Below are positions 20,418 to 29,318 of a DNA stretch of 64,000 nt, one piece after another (position 1 is the stretch's first letter; every line of letters starts with the position of its first letter). A program made the translations under genes and the position numbers. The stretch covers positions 87,514 to 151,513 of the forward strand of contig JBBQZX010000011.1 of the NCBI GenBank assembly GCA_038207335.1. The letters are read 5' to 3'. The stretch is from Chthoniobacterales bacterium (GTDB lineage: Bacteria > Verrucomicrobiota > Verrucomicrobiia > Chthoniobacterales > Chthoniobacteraceae). A model generated the notes under the pieces. The model did no database searches. It was given only the letters and a program-made list of their open reading frames with translations, and was not told the DNA's origin.

Positions 20418-22088
20418 ATGAAACATATCTTATTATCGATCATTGCCGCTTGGGTCTTTTTACCGAGTGCCTACGCAAAAACAATCAATTGCCCTACATG
20501 TTCTCAGGATGATTTTGAACACGCGTATTATGTCGAGTCCGCCCCCGGCGACACGATTGTTTTGCCAGCCGGTGCGGCGACTTGGGGCAATTCATCGAGG
20601 GGCAATCGAGGAATTATCTATATTATAACCGACGTAACCGTGATCGGGCAGGGTGACAGCACCGTCATCACCCTTGATGATACAGGCGCCACCTACGCAA
20701 ATGGTGTAATCGCCCTGTGGAGTGCAGCTACTTTTAAGCATTTCAAAATCGTTGGGAGCAATGCCCAGCCTGTGACCGCTTTCAACAGCTCGCCCTACTA
20801 CAACCCAACAACCAAAATCAATTTCACAGGGGGCTTTAGAATTTCGGATATAACCTACGTCGGCGGAACTAAGGGTGGATATATGGCCTTTGTCTCTCCA
20901 GACACCACCCATGGCTTGGTCGACAATTGTCGCATGACAGGAACGGTTGGCAACACCGAGATGGTCTTTGTCCGCGGACCGAGGAATGCGTGGCAATCGG
21001 CGGATACACTCGGCGGCGCAAACAACATCTTCATCGAAAATTGCACCTATTCGGGTGAATGTTATGTTTGTGATGCCAACTCCAACGCCCGGGTCGTGGT
21101 TCGCTACTGCACGATCAACGGTCAGATCAAGGTCGATGGGCATGGTGTTGCGAGCAACAGCCCGCCTCGAAGTTTCAGGAACATGGAGGTTTATGGCAAC
21201 AAGTGGATTGCCGACACGCAGGCATCCGCTGCCATCGAGATGCGGGGAGGCACTTTCATGATCTTCGACAATACCTCAGTCAATACTCATGGAGAGAATG
21301 GCGATTGGTTTTTCCTGACGGACTACGGATACATAGCGTTGTGGCCGAATTTTGCCTTTGTCTATCAAGTGCCTCCCGACTTTGCCCCAATTACAGACCA
21401 GGTCGGCATGGGCAAGGATCCCAAGGCGGCTCACAGCCAGCCAGGCTATTTGTGGAATAATCTCAAAAACGGCGCCCCATGGACACGCACTCTTAAGGAG
21501 CTTATCGATATCACTACCGCCACCGACTCGATCGGCTATCCGATCGGTGCAACTTCGATCAACGTGACTTCGATGCCAAGGCCAATGTATCCGGGAAACG
21601 GCGTCGCGTTTTCTGGTGATAATCATCGTTATTTCATCAGCAGTATCACACCGGATCCTGTAGCGACACCGACTGCCATTACGATCGAAGCTCCGGGACT
21701 GGCTCAGGCAATTCCCGCAGCTGCCACCACTGTCACAATGGGGACGAACACAAGCTATCAAAAGCGGAGCAACGATCCCACCGCGACCTTTAGCGAGAGC
21801 CTCGTAATACAGAGCAACCGGGATTTTTTCGCCGATGCCGGATTTGACACAAACACGGGCGTAAGACGCGGCACCAAAGCGCAGATGCTCGCCTTTTCCC
21901 CATCTCTGATCGGATATGGCTGGTGGGTGACCAATGAGGGCAACTGGAACGCTTCCCAGCCTGGAACCAGCGGATTGCTTTATGTCTGGAACGGAAGCAA
22001 CTGGGGTTTGAAATACACGCCCTACCCCTATCCACACCCGATGAGGACACCGGCGGCTCCATCCCGTCTGATAATCATCGGAAAGTAG
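20418..22088 (+). CDS. Secreted right-handed beta-helix (pectate-lyase-fold) protein
   Basis: Signal peptide ending AYA-K; PGDTIVLPAG cap; FIENCT / VVRYCT / EVYGN rungs; C-terminal YTPYPYPHPM; visibly lower GC than neighbours. Confidence 0.75.
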   Translation: MKHILLSIIAAWVFLPSAYAKTINCPTCSQDDFEHAYYVESAPGDTIVLPAGAATWGNSSRGNRGIIYIITDVTVIGQGDSTVITLDDTGATYANGVIALWSAATFKHFKIVGSNAQPVTAFNSSPYYNPTTKINFTGGFRISDITYVGGTKGGYMAFVSPDTTHGLVDNCRMTGTVGNTEMVFVRGPRNAWQSADTLGGANNIFIENCTYSGECYVCDANSNARVVVRYCTINGQIKVDGHGVASNSPPRSFRNMEVYGNKWIADTQASAAIEMRGGTFMIFDNTSVNTHGENGDWFFLTDYGYIALWPNFAFVYQVPPDFAPITDQVGMGKDPKAAHSQPGYLWNNLKNGAPWTRTLKELIDITTATDSIGYPIGATSINVTSMPRPMYPGNGVAFSGDNHRYFISSITPDPVATPTAITIEAPGLAQAIPAAATTVTMGTNTSYQKRSNDPTATFSESLVIQSNRDFFADAGFDTNTGVRRGTKAQMLAFSPSLIGYGWWVTNEGNWNASQPGTSGLLYVWNGSNWGLKYTPYPYPHPMRTPAAPSRLIIIGK

Positions 22089-22277
22089 TACTGCGTTAAC
22101 GTGAGCGGGTGAAATGGACGGCCGAGGTGCGAGTGCGAAGATTCGGAGTGATCGATTCGACGGGCTGGACACCTTTTGCGCTGCACCCATGGCAAACAGT
22201 TTCAAACCCGCCTGGCGATCATTCCGGCATTTCTGCATAAGGATAACCCAATACATGAAAGACGAGATTCCCTGACT

Positions 22278-24179
22278 GTGTGTGGCATAACAGGCCAGTT
22301 TGATTTCAACAACCGTGGCGCTGCGATCGATCGCGATCGCCTCATTCGGATGACAAGGACGCTAGTCCACCGCGGACCGGACGACGAAGGTATCTACTCG
22401 AACGGGGCACTTGGACTGGGCTTCCGCCGCTTGGCGATCCTCGACCTCAGTCCTGCCGGGCATCAGCCGATGTCGGATCCGTCGGGAAAGGTCTGGGCCG
22501 TTTTTAATGGGGAGATTTATAACTTCCGCGAGGTGCGGAGGGAACTTGAGGCGAATGGTCATGTCTTTCGCAGCCAGACCGACACCGAGGCGATCGTGCT
22601 TGGTTATGTCCAGTGGGGAGATGCCGTCTTGCGGAAGCTCAACGGGATGTTTGGCCTCGCCATTTGGGATGAAGCGAAGCAGCGCCTATTGGTGGCGAGG
22701 GATGCGATGGGGATCAAACCCGTCTATTATTCGGTGGATCGGAACGTGCTGACTTTCGGCTCGGAAATACGGGCGGTTGTCGCCGGGATGGATTACCGTC
22801 CGAAGGTTGATCCACTCGCGGTGAGTCTATTCCTTCGTTATCGATATACTCCGGCACCGCTGACCACGTTCGCCGGAGTGCGAAAGCTCGCACCCGGCGA
22901 GATGATCGTCGTGGATCAGGGAAAACTGGAAATCCGTCGCTGGTATGAGTTCACCCCCACGCCATTTCACAAGCAACCATCCGATGAAGAGGCGACTGAA
23001 ACCCTGCTTGAGCTTTACCGCGCCGCAGTGAAGCGTCACCTCATCAGCGATGTCCCTGTGGGGTTGCTGCTGAGCGGTGGCATCGATTCGGGCCTCCTGC
23101 TGGGGTTGATGAGTGAATGCGGCCGGGATTGGCCAACCTATACAGTGGGTTATGGAGATAGTTTTCGCGACGACGAACTCAAGGATGCTGCGGAAACCGC
23201 CCGCCTCTACGGCAGCTCGAACACGGTTGTCACGCTCGATCGCCAGAAATTTGAAGAAGCTTTGCCGCAGATTGTCGGCTCCATGGAAGAACCGATTGCA
23301 TCGTCCTCCATCGTGCCAATGGACTTTGTCTGCCGGCGGGCGCGCCAGGACGTAACCGTGGCGCTGGTCGGGCAGGGGCCGGATGAATTGCTCGGCGGCT
23401 ACACGCGGCATCTGGGGGTTGCCTACGGGGCCGCTTGGCGAAAGCTCCCGGCTGCGGTCCGCAGCCTCTTGTCGGCGGCAGTCAATGTGCTGCCGCGCGG
23501 CGAGTCGCTCAAACGAGGCGTTTACGCGCTTGGCATCGAAGACCGGCTCCGGCGTTGCCAGCATGTGTTTTCGGTTAAGCCGGGCGAAACGATTACCTCG
23601 CTCTTCCGTCCCGGCGTGCTCCCGGAGGGAGCGGACGATGCCGTTCTCGACTGCTGGAACGTGCATCGCTCGGCCATCAACGGTCTCGACGAACTTGGTG
23701 GGCTCCAGCTTCTCGAATTGCGCTCGTCGCTCCCCGACGAACTGCTCATGTATGGCGACAAAATCTCGATGGCGCATTCGCTGGAGGCCAGGGTGCCCTT
23801 TCTTGACCGCGAGGTCGTCGAGTACGTTCAGCGGCTGGGTCCGCAATTCAAGGTGCGCCACGGTCAGCGTAAATGGCTCCACCGTCGCGTGTGCCGCAAG
23901 TTCCTCCCCGCTTCGATCATCAGGCGCAAGAAGCGCGGATTCGCCGTCAACGTGGTGGACGACTGGTTTCGCAGTTCGGTGACCGGGGAGATGCGCAACC
24001 ATCTGCTCGACCACAAGTCGCTGATGTTCGAATTCCTCGATCCTGACGCGGTCGCGAAGCTGCACAGCGAACACGCCGCGGGCCGGCGGGATCACCACAA
24101 GATTCTCTTCAGTCTCGTCATCTTTGAAGTATGGCTGCGCGCCAATCATGGAGCCACCGGAGAATTGCGGAAATGGTGA
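22278..24179 (+). CDS. asnB: Asparagine-synthase-family glutamine amidotransferase, probably glycan/cell-surface amidation
   Basis: GTG start then CGI (N-terminal Cys), HRGPD, RRLAILDL, QPM, NGEIYN, LSGGIDS, G.GPDEL, EARVPFLD. Confidence 0.93.
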   Translation: MCGITGQFDFNNRGAAIDRDRLIRMTRTLVHRGPDDEGIYSNGALGLGFRRLAILDLSPAGHQPMSDPSGKVWAVFNGEIYNFREVRRELEANGHVFRSQTDTEAIVLGYVQWGDAVLRKLNGMFGLAIWDEAKQRLLVARDAMGIKPVYYSVDRNVLTFGSEIRAVVAGMDYRPKVDPLAVSLFLRYRYTPAPLTTFAGVRKLAPGEMIVVDQGKLEIRRWYEFTPTPFHKQPSDEEATETLLELYRAAVKRHLISDVPVGLLLSGGIDSGLLLGLMSECGRDWPTYTVGYGDSFRDDELKDAAETARLYGSSNTVVTLDRQKFEEALPQIVGSMEEPIASSSIVPMDFVCRRARQDVTVALVGQGPDELLGGYTRHLGVAYGAAWRKLPAAVRSLLSAAVNVLPRGESLKRGVYALGIEDRLRRCQHVFSVKPGETITSLFRPGVLPEGADDAVLDCWNVHRSAINGLDELGGLQLLELRSSLPDELLMYGDKISMAHSLEARVPFLDREVVEYVQRLGPQFKVRHGQRKWLHRRVCRKFLPASIIRRKKRGFAVNVVDDWFRSSVTGEMRNHLLDHKSLMFEFLDPDAVAKLHSEHAAGRRDHHKILFSLVIFEVWLRANHGATGELRKW

Positions 24180-24427
24180 CGATCAGCCGGGTTTTCGGTC
24201 GCGGACGACGCTCGCATTCCGTGATCCCGGCCCTGGCTTTGACTTTTGTCGGGACAGATCTGCGCTACGGTGGAGAGCAAGACTTTGGTCTGTGGAAGAT
24301 TGCCGGATAGTTTGAAGTCATTACGCGCGGTGAAGAATGTGTCGCGCTAAGTTTGGAGGGAAACCAAGCGCAATGCAGACCGCTGAACGCAATGATCGTT
24401 GCTAGCTAAGTTGGGGTCACTTGTTCC

Positions 24428-25090
24428 ATGCATCTTTCACTTTTCAAGCGCCGCACCGGTTGGTGGCCCACTCCTCTGGGTTGGCTGGCGTTGGCTTCGC
24501 TCATTCTTGGCCCGCCGGTGCTGTGGTGGTTTGAAGGCGAGCGATTCCTTTCCGTCACGCACCGATTGCCGGCCGACGTTCTTGTGATTGAAGGGTGGGT
24601 GGGTGTCGAGGCACTGAAGGCTGCCGTGTTGGAATTCGAACAGGGACGCTATCAATATGTCGTGACCACAGGTGGACTAACTTCTGAGCATTGGAGGCAA
24701 AGCCGCTGGAGTTACGCCGAGATGGCCAAGCACGAGCTGTTACAAGCCGGCATTCCGGCGGAGCGGATTATTCTCGCTCCGGCGAAGGACGTGGAACGCG
24801 GAAGAACCTATGAATCGGCGGTATCAACTTGGAAAGCCCTCGCCGAACGAGGGATTCACCCGAAGCAAATCAATCTACTGACCCTCGGACCCCACGCACT
24901 GCGGAGCCGGCTGACTTTTTCCAGAGCCGCCAATTCCGAGAGCGAAGTGGGCACCATCGCTTGGGTTCCGTCCGAGTATCAGGGGCAGCATTGGTGGCAG
25001 TCGAGCGAACGGGCGAGGGATTTAATCACAGAAACGGTCGCGTATTTGTTTGAGCTGATCTTCCGCTCCGGGCGGCACGCGAGGCAATAA
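24428..25090 (+). CDS. YdcF/DUF218 (ElyC/SanA-like) protein
   Basis: N-terminal TM; VIEGW, VTTGG, GIPAERI, RTYESA, HALRS. Confidence 0.8.
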   Translation: MHLSLFKRRTGWWPTPLGWLALASLILGPPVLWWFEGERFLSVTHRLPADVLVIEGWVGVEALKAAVLEFEQGRYQYVVTTGGLTSEHWRQSRWSYAEMAKHELLQAGIPAERIILAPAKDVERGRTYESAVSTWKALAERGIHPKQINLLTLGPHALRSRLTFSRAANSESEVGTIAWVPSEYQGQHWWQSSERARDLITETVAYLFELIFRSGRHARQ

Positions 25091-25156
25091 AGAATTACCG
25101 AGCAAAGTGAACATTAAACCTTATTTAGTGAGAAGCGGCGGTTGATTATGATCTTT

Positions 25157-26128
25157 ATGGAAAGGAGACCGAAATCTACTCAGGCTCCGCTGGCGGTGAT
25201 CCCTGCGACCGAAGCGTCGGCGTTACTCGAAAAGCCGCGACACGCGGATCAGCGACTCGTTTGCCGCGCGATCGGCTATCTGGGGTTGCTCACGCTGCTA
25301 TTCATTCAGCCGCTGACTCGCCTGATGATCCATGCGATCGGGACCGAGCTACATTCGCACATCGTCCTAGTGCCGCTTATTTTCGCTTACTTGCTTTACC
25401 TCCGACGTGGCCAACTGCCAACCCGTGCCCGCCGCTCGAATGGGGGAGCGATGCTGCTGACGGTTACCGGTCTCGCGGCCTTGCTCGCTGGATTCGCGTT
25501 CCGCGCCAGCCTGAGTCTCAACGACGATCTCGGCCTGATGGCGCTCTCGTATGTCTGCATGGTTGCGGCAGGCGGCTTTTTCTTTTTCGGCACACGCTGG
25601 ATGGCCGCAGCCGCTTTTCCGTTCGTGTTCCTCATCTTCATGGTGCCCTTGCCGGACGGCGCGGTGAACTGGCTCGAGACGGCTTCCAAGCTGGCCTCGG
25701 CGGACGCTACGGATTGGTTCTTCAACCTGACCGGCACCCCCGTGTTGCGAGATCGGACGGTGTTCCAACTGCCCGGCATGGTGATCGAGGTCGCGCAGGA
25801 ATGCAGCGGAATTCGCTCGAGCTGGGTGCTCTTCATCACCAGCCTGCTGGCCTCGCATCTCTTCCTGAAAAGCCCGTGGCGGCAGGCGCTGCTAGTGGCG
25901 TTCGTGATCCCGCTGGGAATCCTGCGGAACGGGTTCCGGATTCTGGTCATTGGGTTGCTTTGTGTTCATGTCGGACCGCACATGATTGACAGCCCCATTC
26001 ATCACCGGGGTGGCCCGTTCTTTTTCGCACTTTCGTTAATCCCTTTTTTCGCGTTTCTGTGGTGGCTGCGTCGGGGCGATGCCGGAGAAAAAGGGGCGGT
26101 CGCCGCGGCAGACGATGAGGTTCGATGA
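25157..26128 (+). CDS. Exosortase, probably the VPDSG-CTERM-specific XrtC type
   Basis: About 8 TM; catalytic Cys in VAQECSGIRS, Arg in NGFRI, His in IHH; two VPDGG-CTERM substrates nearby. Confidence 0.92.
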   Translation: MERRPKSTQAPLAVIPATEASALLEKPRHADQRLVCRAIGYLGLLTLLFIQPLTRLMIHAIGTELHSHIVLVPLIFAYLLYLRRGQLPTRARRSNGGAMLLTVTGLAALLAGFAFRASLSLNDDLGLMALSYVCMVAAGGFFFFGTRWMAAAAFPFVFLIFMVPLPDGAVNWLETASKLASADATDWFFNLTGTPVLRDRTVFQLPGMVIEVAQECSGIRSSWVLFITSLLASHLFLKSPWRQALLVAFVIPLGILRNGFRILVIGLLCVHVGPHMIDSPIHHRGGPFFFALSLIPFFAFLWWLRRGDAGEKGAVAAADDEVR

Positions 26129-26249
26129 ATAGGACGTCGCGTTGCCGGACTGGCGCTCCGTGTTTCGGGAGTGGCATCGCTGATATTCGGGGATTTGAAT
26201 TCGCTTTGGCCAACGATTGCCTCAGACTGCGGCACTTTCATCCATCAAT

Positions 26250-26855
26250 ATGACTTTGAACTTTCAATCCGTCCCCCTCAGCATTTTTCGGGGGTTGGTT
26301 GCAATTGTCCTACTGGCCAGTGTGGGTTGCGTGGGGCCGTCCGTCGGAGGCACCCCGGAGGAGCCTGCCGCAGAGATTTCAAAAGCACTCGGTCCGGGTG
26401 ATATCCTCAAGATATCGTTCCCCGGCACGCCGGAGCTGAATTCCTCTCCAAAAATTCGGTTGGACGGCAAGGTCAGCCTGCCTCTTATCGGGGAGGTCGA
26501 GGTGGCAGGCAAGACGGTGGAACAGTTGCACAAGGATCTCACCGACCGATACGCTTCGCAGTTGCAGAATAAGGAGGTGATCGTGGGTCTGGAGGCGAGC
26601 GCCGAGGCTGTTTATGTATCGGGTGCGGTCAACAAGCCGGGGAAGATCCTCCTCGACCGGCCAATGACTGCCCTCGATGCCATTATGGAATCAGGCGGGG
26701 TGAGCGAGTTTGGAAGTCTAAAAAAGGTGCATGTAGTCCGGGTGGTGAACGGCGAGCACAGAACTGAATACTTAAGCCTGTCGCCGATCCTGAGTGGAAA
26801 GACTACGAAGGCCTACTACCTCAAGGCGGGCGACGTGGTTTACGTTCCGAATTAG
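26250..26855 (+). CDS. Polysaccharide export (Wza-like/Poly_export + SLBB) lipoprotein, short form
   Basis: Lipobox LASVG-C; LGPGDIL, IRLDGKVSLPLIGEV, VYVSGAVNKPG, LKAGDVVYVP. Confidence 0.9.
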   Translation: MTLNFQSVPLSIFRGLVAIVLLASVGCVGPSVGGTPEEPAAEISKALGPGDILKISFPGTPELNSSPKIRLDGKVSLPLIGEVEVAGKTVEQLHKDLTDRYASQLQNKEVIVGLEASAEAVYVSGAVNKPGKILLDRPMTALDAIMESGGVSEFGSLKKVHVVRVVNGEHRTEYLSLSPILSGKTTKAYYLKAGDVVYVPN

Positions 26856-27029
26856 CCTGCGAGAACTTCCAGCCAGACGAAGGCTTCTTCCTGCGCCGGT
26901 TTTTGGATGCTGATAACTCCATCGGTTGGGCCATTCATTGCATCCCGTATGCCCGATCGTCCAATAGGAGATTTCGAGTGATTCTGTGGCGAGACAACCG
27001 GAACCCCCGTTTTCCGGCGCCGGTTGAAT

Positions 27030-27638
27030 TTACTGAGTTACAATCCGGTAGAATCTCTGGTCCACCAACGCCGCGTCCGGGTCTGAGACCACCATGGTGC
27101 CGGTCGGGTTCGGCACATCCATCAGCAACGTCCAGTTCACCAGATCATCTGAGAATTCAATGCTCATCGCGGGTGTGTCTAATTGATTGCGCATCGCAGA
27201 GGTGTCTGTGAAATTCGCCGAGATGGTGAGGATGAACTGAACGCTGCCATCGGGCAGACGTTGCAGCGCGCTGATCGCTGCCGGAGGTTGGGGCGGTCCG
27301 GGCGGCGGTGTCAGGGCGGCGGTGAAGTTGATCTCGTTTGAGGGAAGGCTTTCCAGAGCGTCGGTGTTGTAGGCGGTCACGACGAAGAAATATGTGCTCC
27401 CGGGCGTCAGATCCGTTAGCGTGGTGGAGGTTACATTTCCAGGGTCGATGGTGTCCGTGTAATTCCGGCTGGAAGTTCCATAACGAACTATGTAGCCCGC
27501 AATATCGGGCTCGAAATTGGGATCCCAAGCAAGAGTCACGCTCTCACCGGCCTGCGCGAGGCAGAATGAGGAAAAGGAAAGCAGTAGCGGGAGCAGCTCT
27601 CGAAAGAGCGCTCGTCGAATGGGGAGGCAGAAGCTCAC
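27030..27638 (-). CDS. Secreted fibronectin type III protein with C-terminal SxDLxxW...RFYR module
   Basis: Signal peptide; SVTLAWDP...AGYIVRYG...LTPGSTYFFVVTAYN...ES.PSNE; Pro-rich linker. Confidence 0.8.
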   Translation of the reverse strand: MSFCLPIRRALFRELLPLLLSFSSFCLAQAGESVTLAWDPNFEPDIAGYIVRYGTSSRNYTDTIDPGNVTSTTLTDLTPGSTYFFVVTAYNTDALESLPSNEINFTAALTPPPGPPQPPAAISALQRLPDGSVQFILTISANFTDTSAMRNQLDTPAMSIEFSDDLVNWTLLMDVPNPTGTMVVSDPDAALVDQRFYRIVTQ

Positions 27639-27674
27639 ATTAGAATATCGAATATCGCACCGTTTTTGCGTCCA

Positions 27675-29153
27675 TCAATTGGGCTGGGTCAGAGGGAGAA
27701 GATCGAAGCGACCGGTTGTTTTCAGGCCTCGGAAATACCCCGCGCCAGCACCCCGCTTCTGGAAGATCACTCCTCGAATCGCATGCGGTTTTCCGTCGGC
27801 GGGATGGAGCAACGAGCCGGTAATGCGACCGCTTGTCGGGTTGATGGAAATCCTCAAGCGCTCGTCGCCTGTGCTCAGAAGTTTGCCGGACATTACCGTC
27901 GGAGTGGAGAGAGGACAGGTCAGCACCGCGGAAAGATCACCGCTGCTCAGAATCGCCGCGAGCGGTGTCGCAATCCTAGCTTGCGCCCCCTGCGCAGGCG
28001 ACGCCTTTAGAAAGCGCGACAACTGGGCTGAAACCATCCCTTCAAACCCGTCCCTGTAAAACGGCGCTTTTGCCTGCGGCGGCTTCAGCCAGAGGAGCTG
28101 GCCGTCCCCATCACTGATGCCGGGGGTGTCGTGCACGGAAATATCGCCTGCGAGAAACCCTTTCGCGGCATGATACAAGAGAGTGTGAAGAGTGAAATGC
28201 CCGTCGGCTTTCAACGTCGAAACCGCCGAGAAGGCCTGCGCGTCGGCGAGTTGCCCGGCGAGACGGACGGACCCGTTCTTGCCGATCACGAGATTGGCAA
28301 AGCCGCTGGCATCGGGAAGGTCGCCCGAGGCGGGTGACGGTTCACCCCCTGCGGAAAATGGGCTGCCCAGCGTGATCGTGTAGGTCCCCGCCTGCAGCGC
28401 CGCATTGGCCCTCGAAAACGTGGCCGTCGTAAGGCTGATAGTGGCCACGCTCAATCCGTCGCCAAAGACCGCCGAAATCGAATTTCCATCCAGACCCACT
28501 TGCAGCGCAAGCGTCCAAGACGGCTGACTTCGGAAGAGCACAGTCGCCGTTCCGTCAGGGGAAAGCTTACCCCGGACCGTAGTAATCGATCCTCCTACCA
28601 TGATGCGTCCCGAGAAAAGCCCCCCCTTGGAAACGAGAAGCTCAAGTGACGCGTTCAACCCGGTGCTTCCCGGAACATTCTGGAAGTTGGCACCACTGAA
28701 GCGACCCTTGACCTTTGGCGGAACCGCCGGGGGAGTTTGGAGCGAGACCTCGTTCGACAACAGGCTTTCAAGACCTGCGGTGTTGTAGGCGGTCACTGCG
28801 AAAAAATACGTGCTGCCTGCTTTCAAATTTGAGACGGAGGCGACAGTCGTGTTCTCAACGTCGATTACGTCCGAATAATCGCCGCTGGCGTTCCCGTAAT
28901 AGAGCCGATAGCCGGCGATGTCCGCGTCGGGGCTGGCGTCCCATGCGAGGCTGACGTTTTCCGAGGCGGTCGAATGCGTGGCCGCACCCAGAATCAGCAG
29001 GATGCAGATGCCGGCAGCGAACGCTCGCCACGTCCGGTTGCATTTCTGGAGATAATTCTTCACCCTTCCCGTAAGAGCAGCCGCGATACCCGACGATGAA
29101 AATTGTCGAGTTTGCCGTTTTCCCTTTGTGGCGACGCCGAAAACTGTGGGCAT
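27675..29153 (-). CDS. Secreted Fn3-domain protein with long beta-rich C-terminal region (start uncertain)
   Basis: Hydrophobic signal-like segment; NVSLAWDA...AGYRLYYG...LKAGSTYFFAVTAYN...ES.LSNE. Confidence 0.78.
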   Translation of the reverse strand: MPTVFGVATKGKRQTRQFSSSGIAAALTGRVKNYLQKCNRTWRAFAAGICILLILGAATHSTASENVSLAWDASPDADIAGYRLYYGNASGDYSDVIDVENTTVASVSNLKAGSTYFFAVTAYNTAGLESLLSNEVSLQTPPAVPPKVKGRFSGANFQNVPGSTGLNASLELLVSKGGLFSGRIMVGGSITTVRGKLSPDGTATVLFRSQPSWTLALQVGLDGNSISAVFGDGLSVATISLTTATFSRANAALQAGTYTITLGSPFSAGGEPSPASGDLPDASGFANLVIGKNGSVRLAGQLADAQAFSAVSTLKADGHFTLHTLLYHAAKGFLAGDISVHDTPGISDGDGQLLWLKPPQAKAPFYRDGFEGMVSAQLSRFLKASPAQGAQARIATPLAAILSSGDLSAVLTCPLSTPTVMSGKLLSTGDERLRISINPTSGRITGSLLHPADGKPHAIRGVIFQKRGAGAGYFRGLKTTGRFDLLPLTQPN

Positions 29154-29318
29154 TGAGAGGGCGCGGATCCGGCTCGCTCAACTTGGTCTGACTGAGGACT
29201 CGCAGAAAACTACGTCGTCCGTGTATCGTTCGCACAGGACCGTGACCGGCTCGTCTTGACGATGTCCAGACGCCGGTTCAGGCAGTAGATTTTTCCTGCC
29301 ACACTCTTCCTTTAGTTG

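Noticed and set aside
17667..24149. Long antisense ORFs (17667-18845, 18581-19990, 22827-24149, and similar ones at 34208-36799)
   Set aside because: Shadows of well-supported sense genes in high-GC DNA, with no recognisable motifs
26207..26221. sigma54-like TGGCCAACGATTGCC before the wza-like gene
   Set aside because: Spacing is one base too short and no upstream box was found
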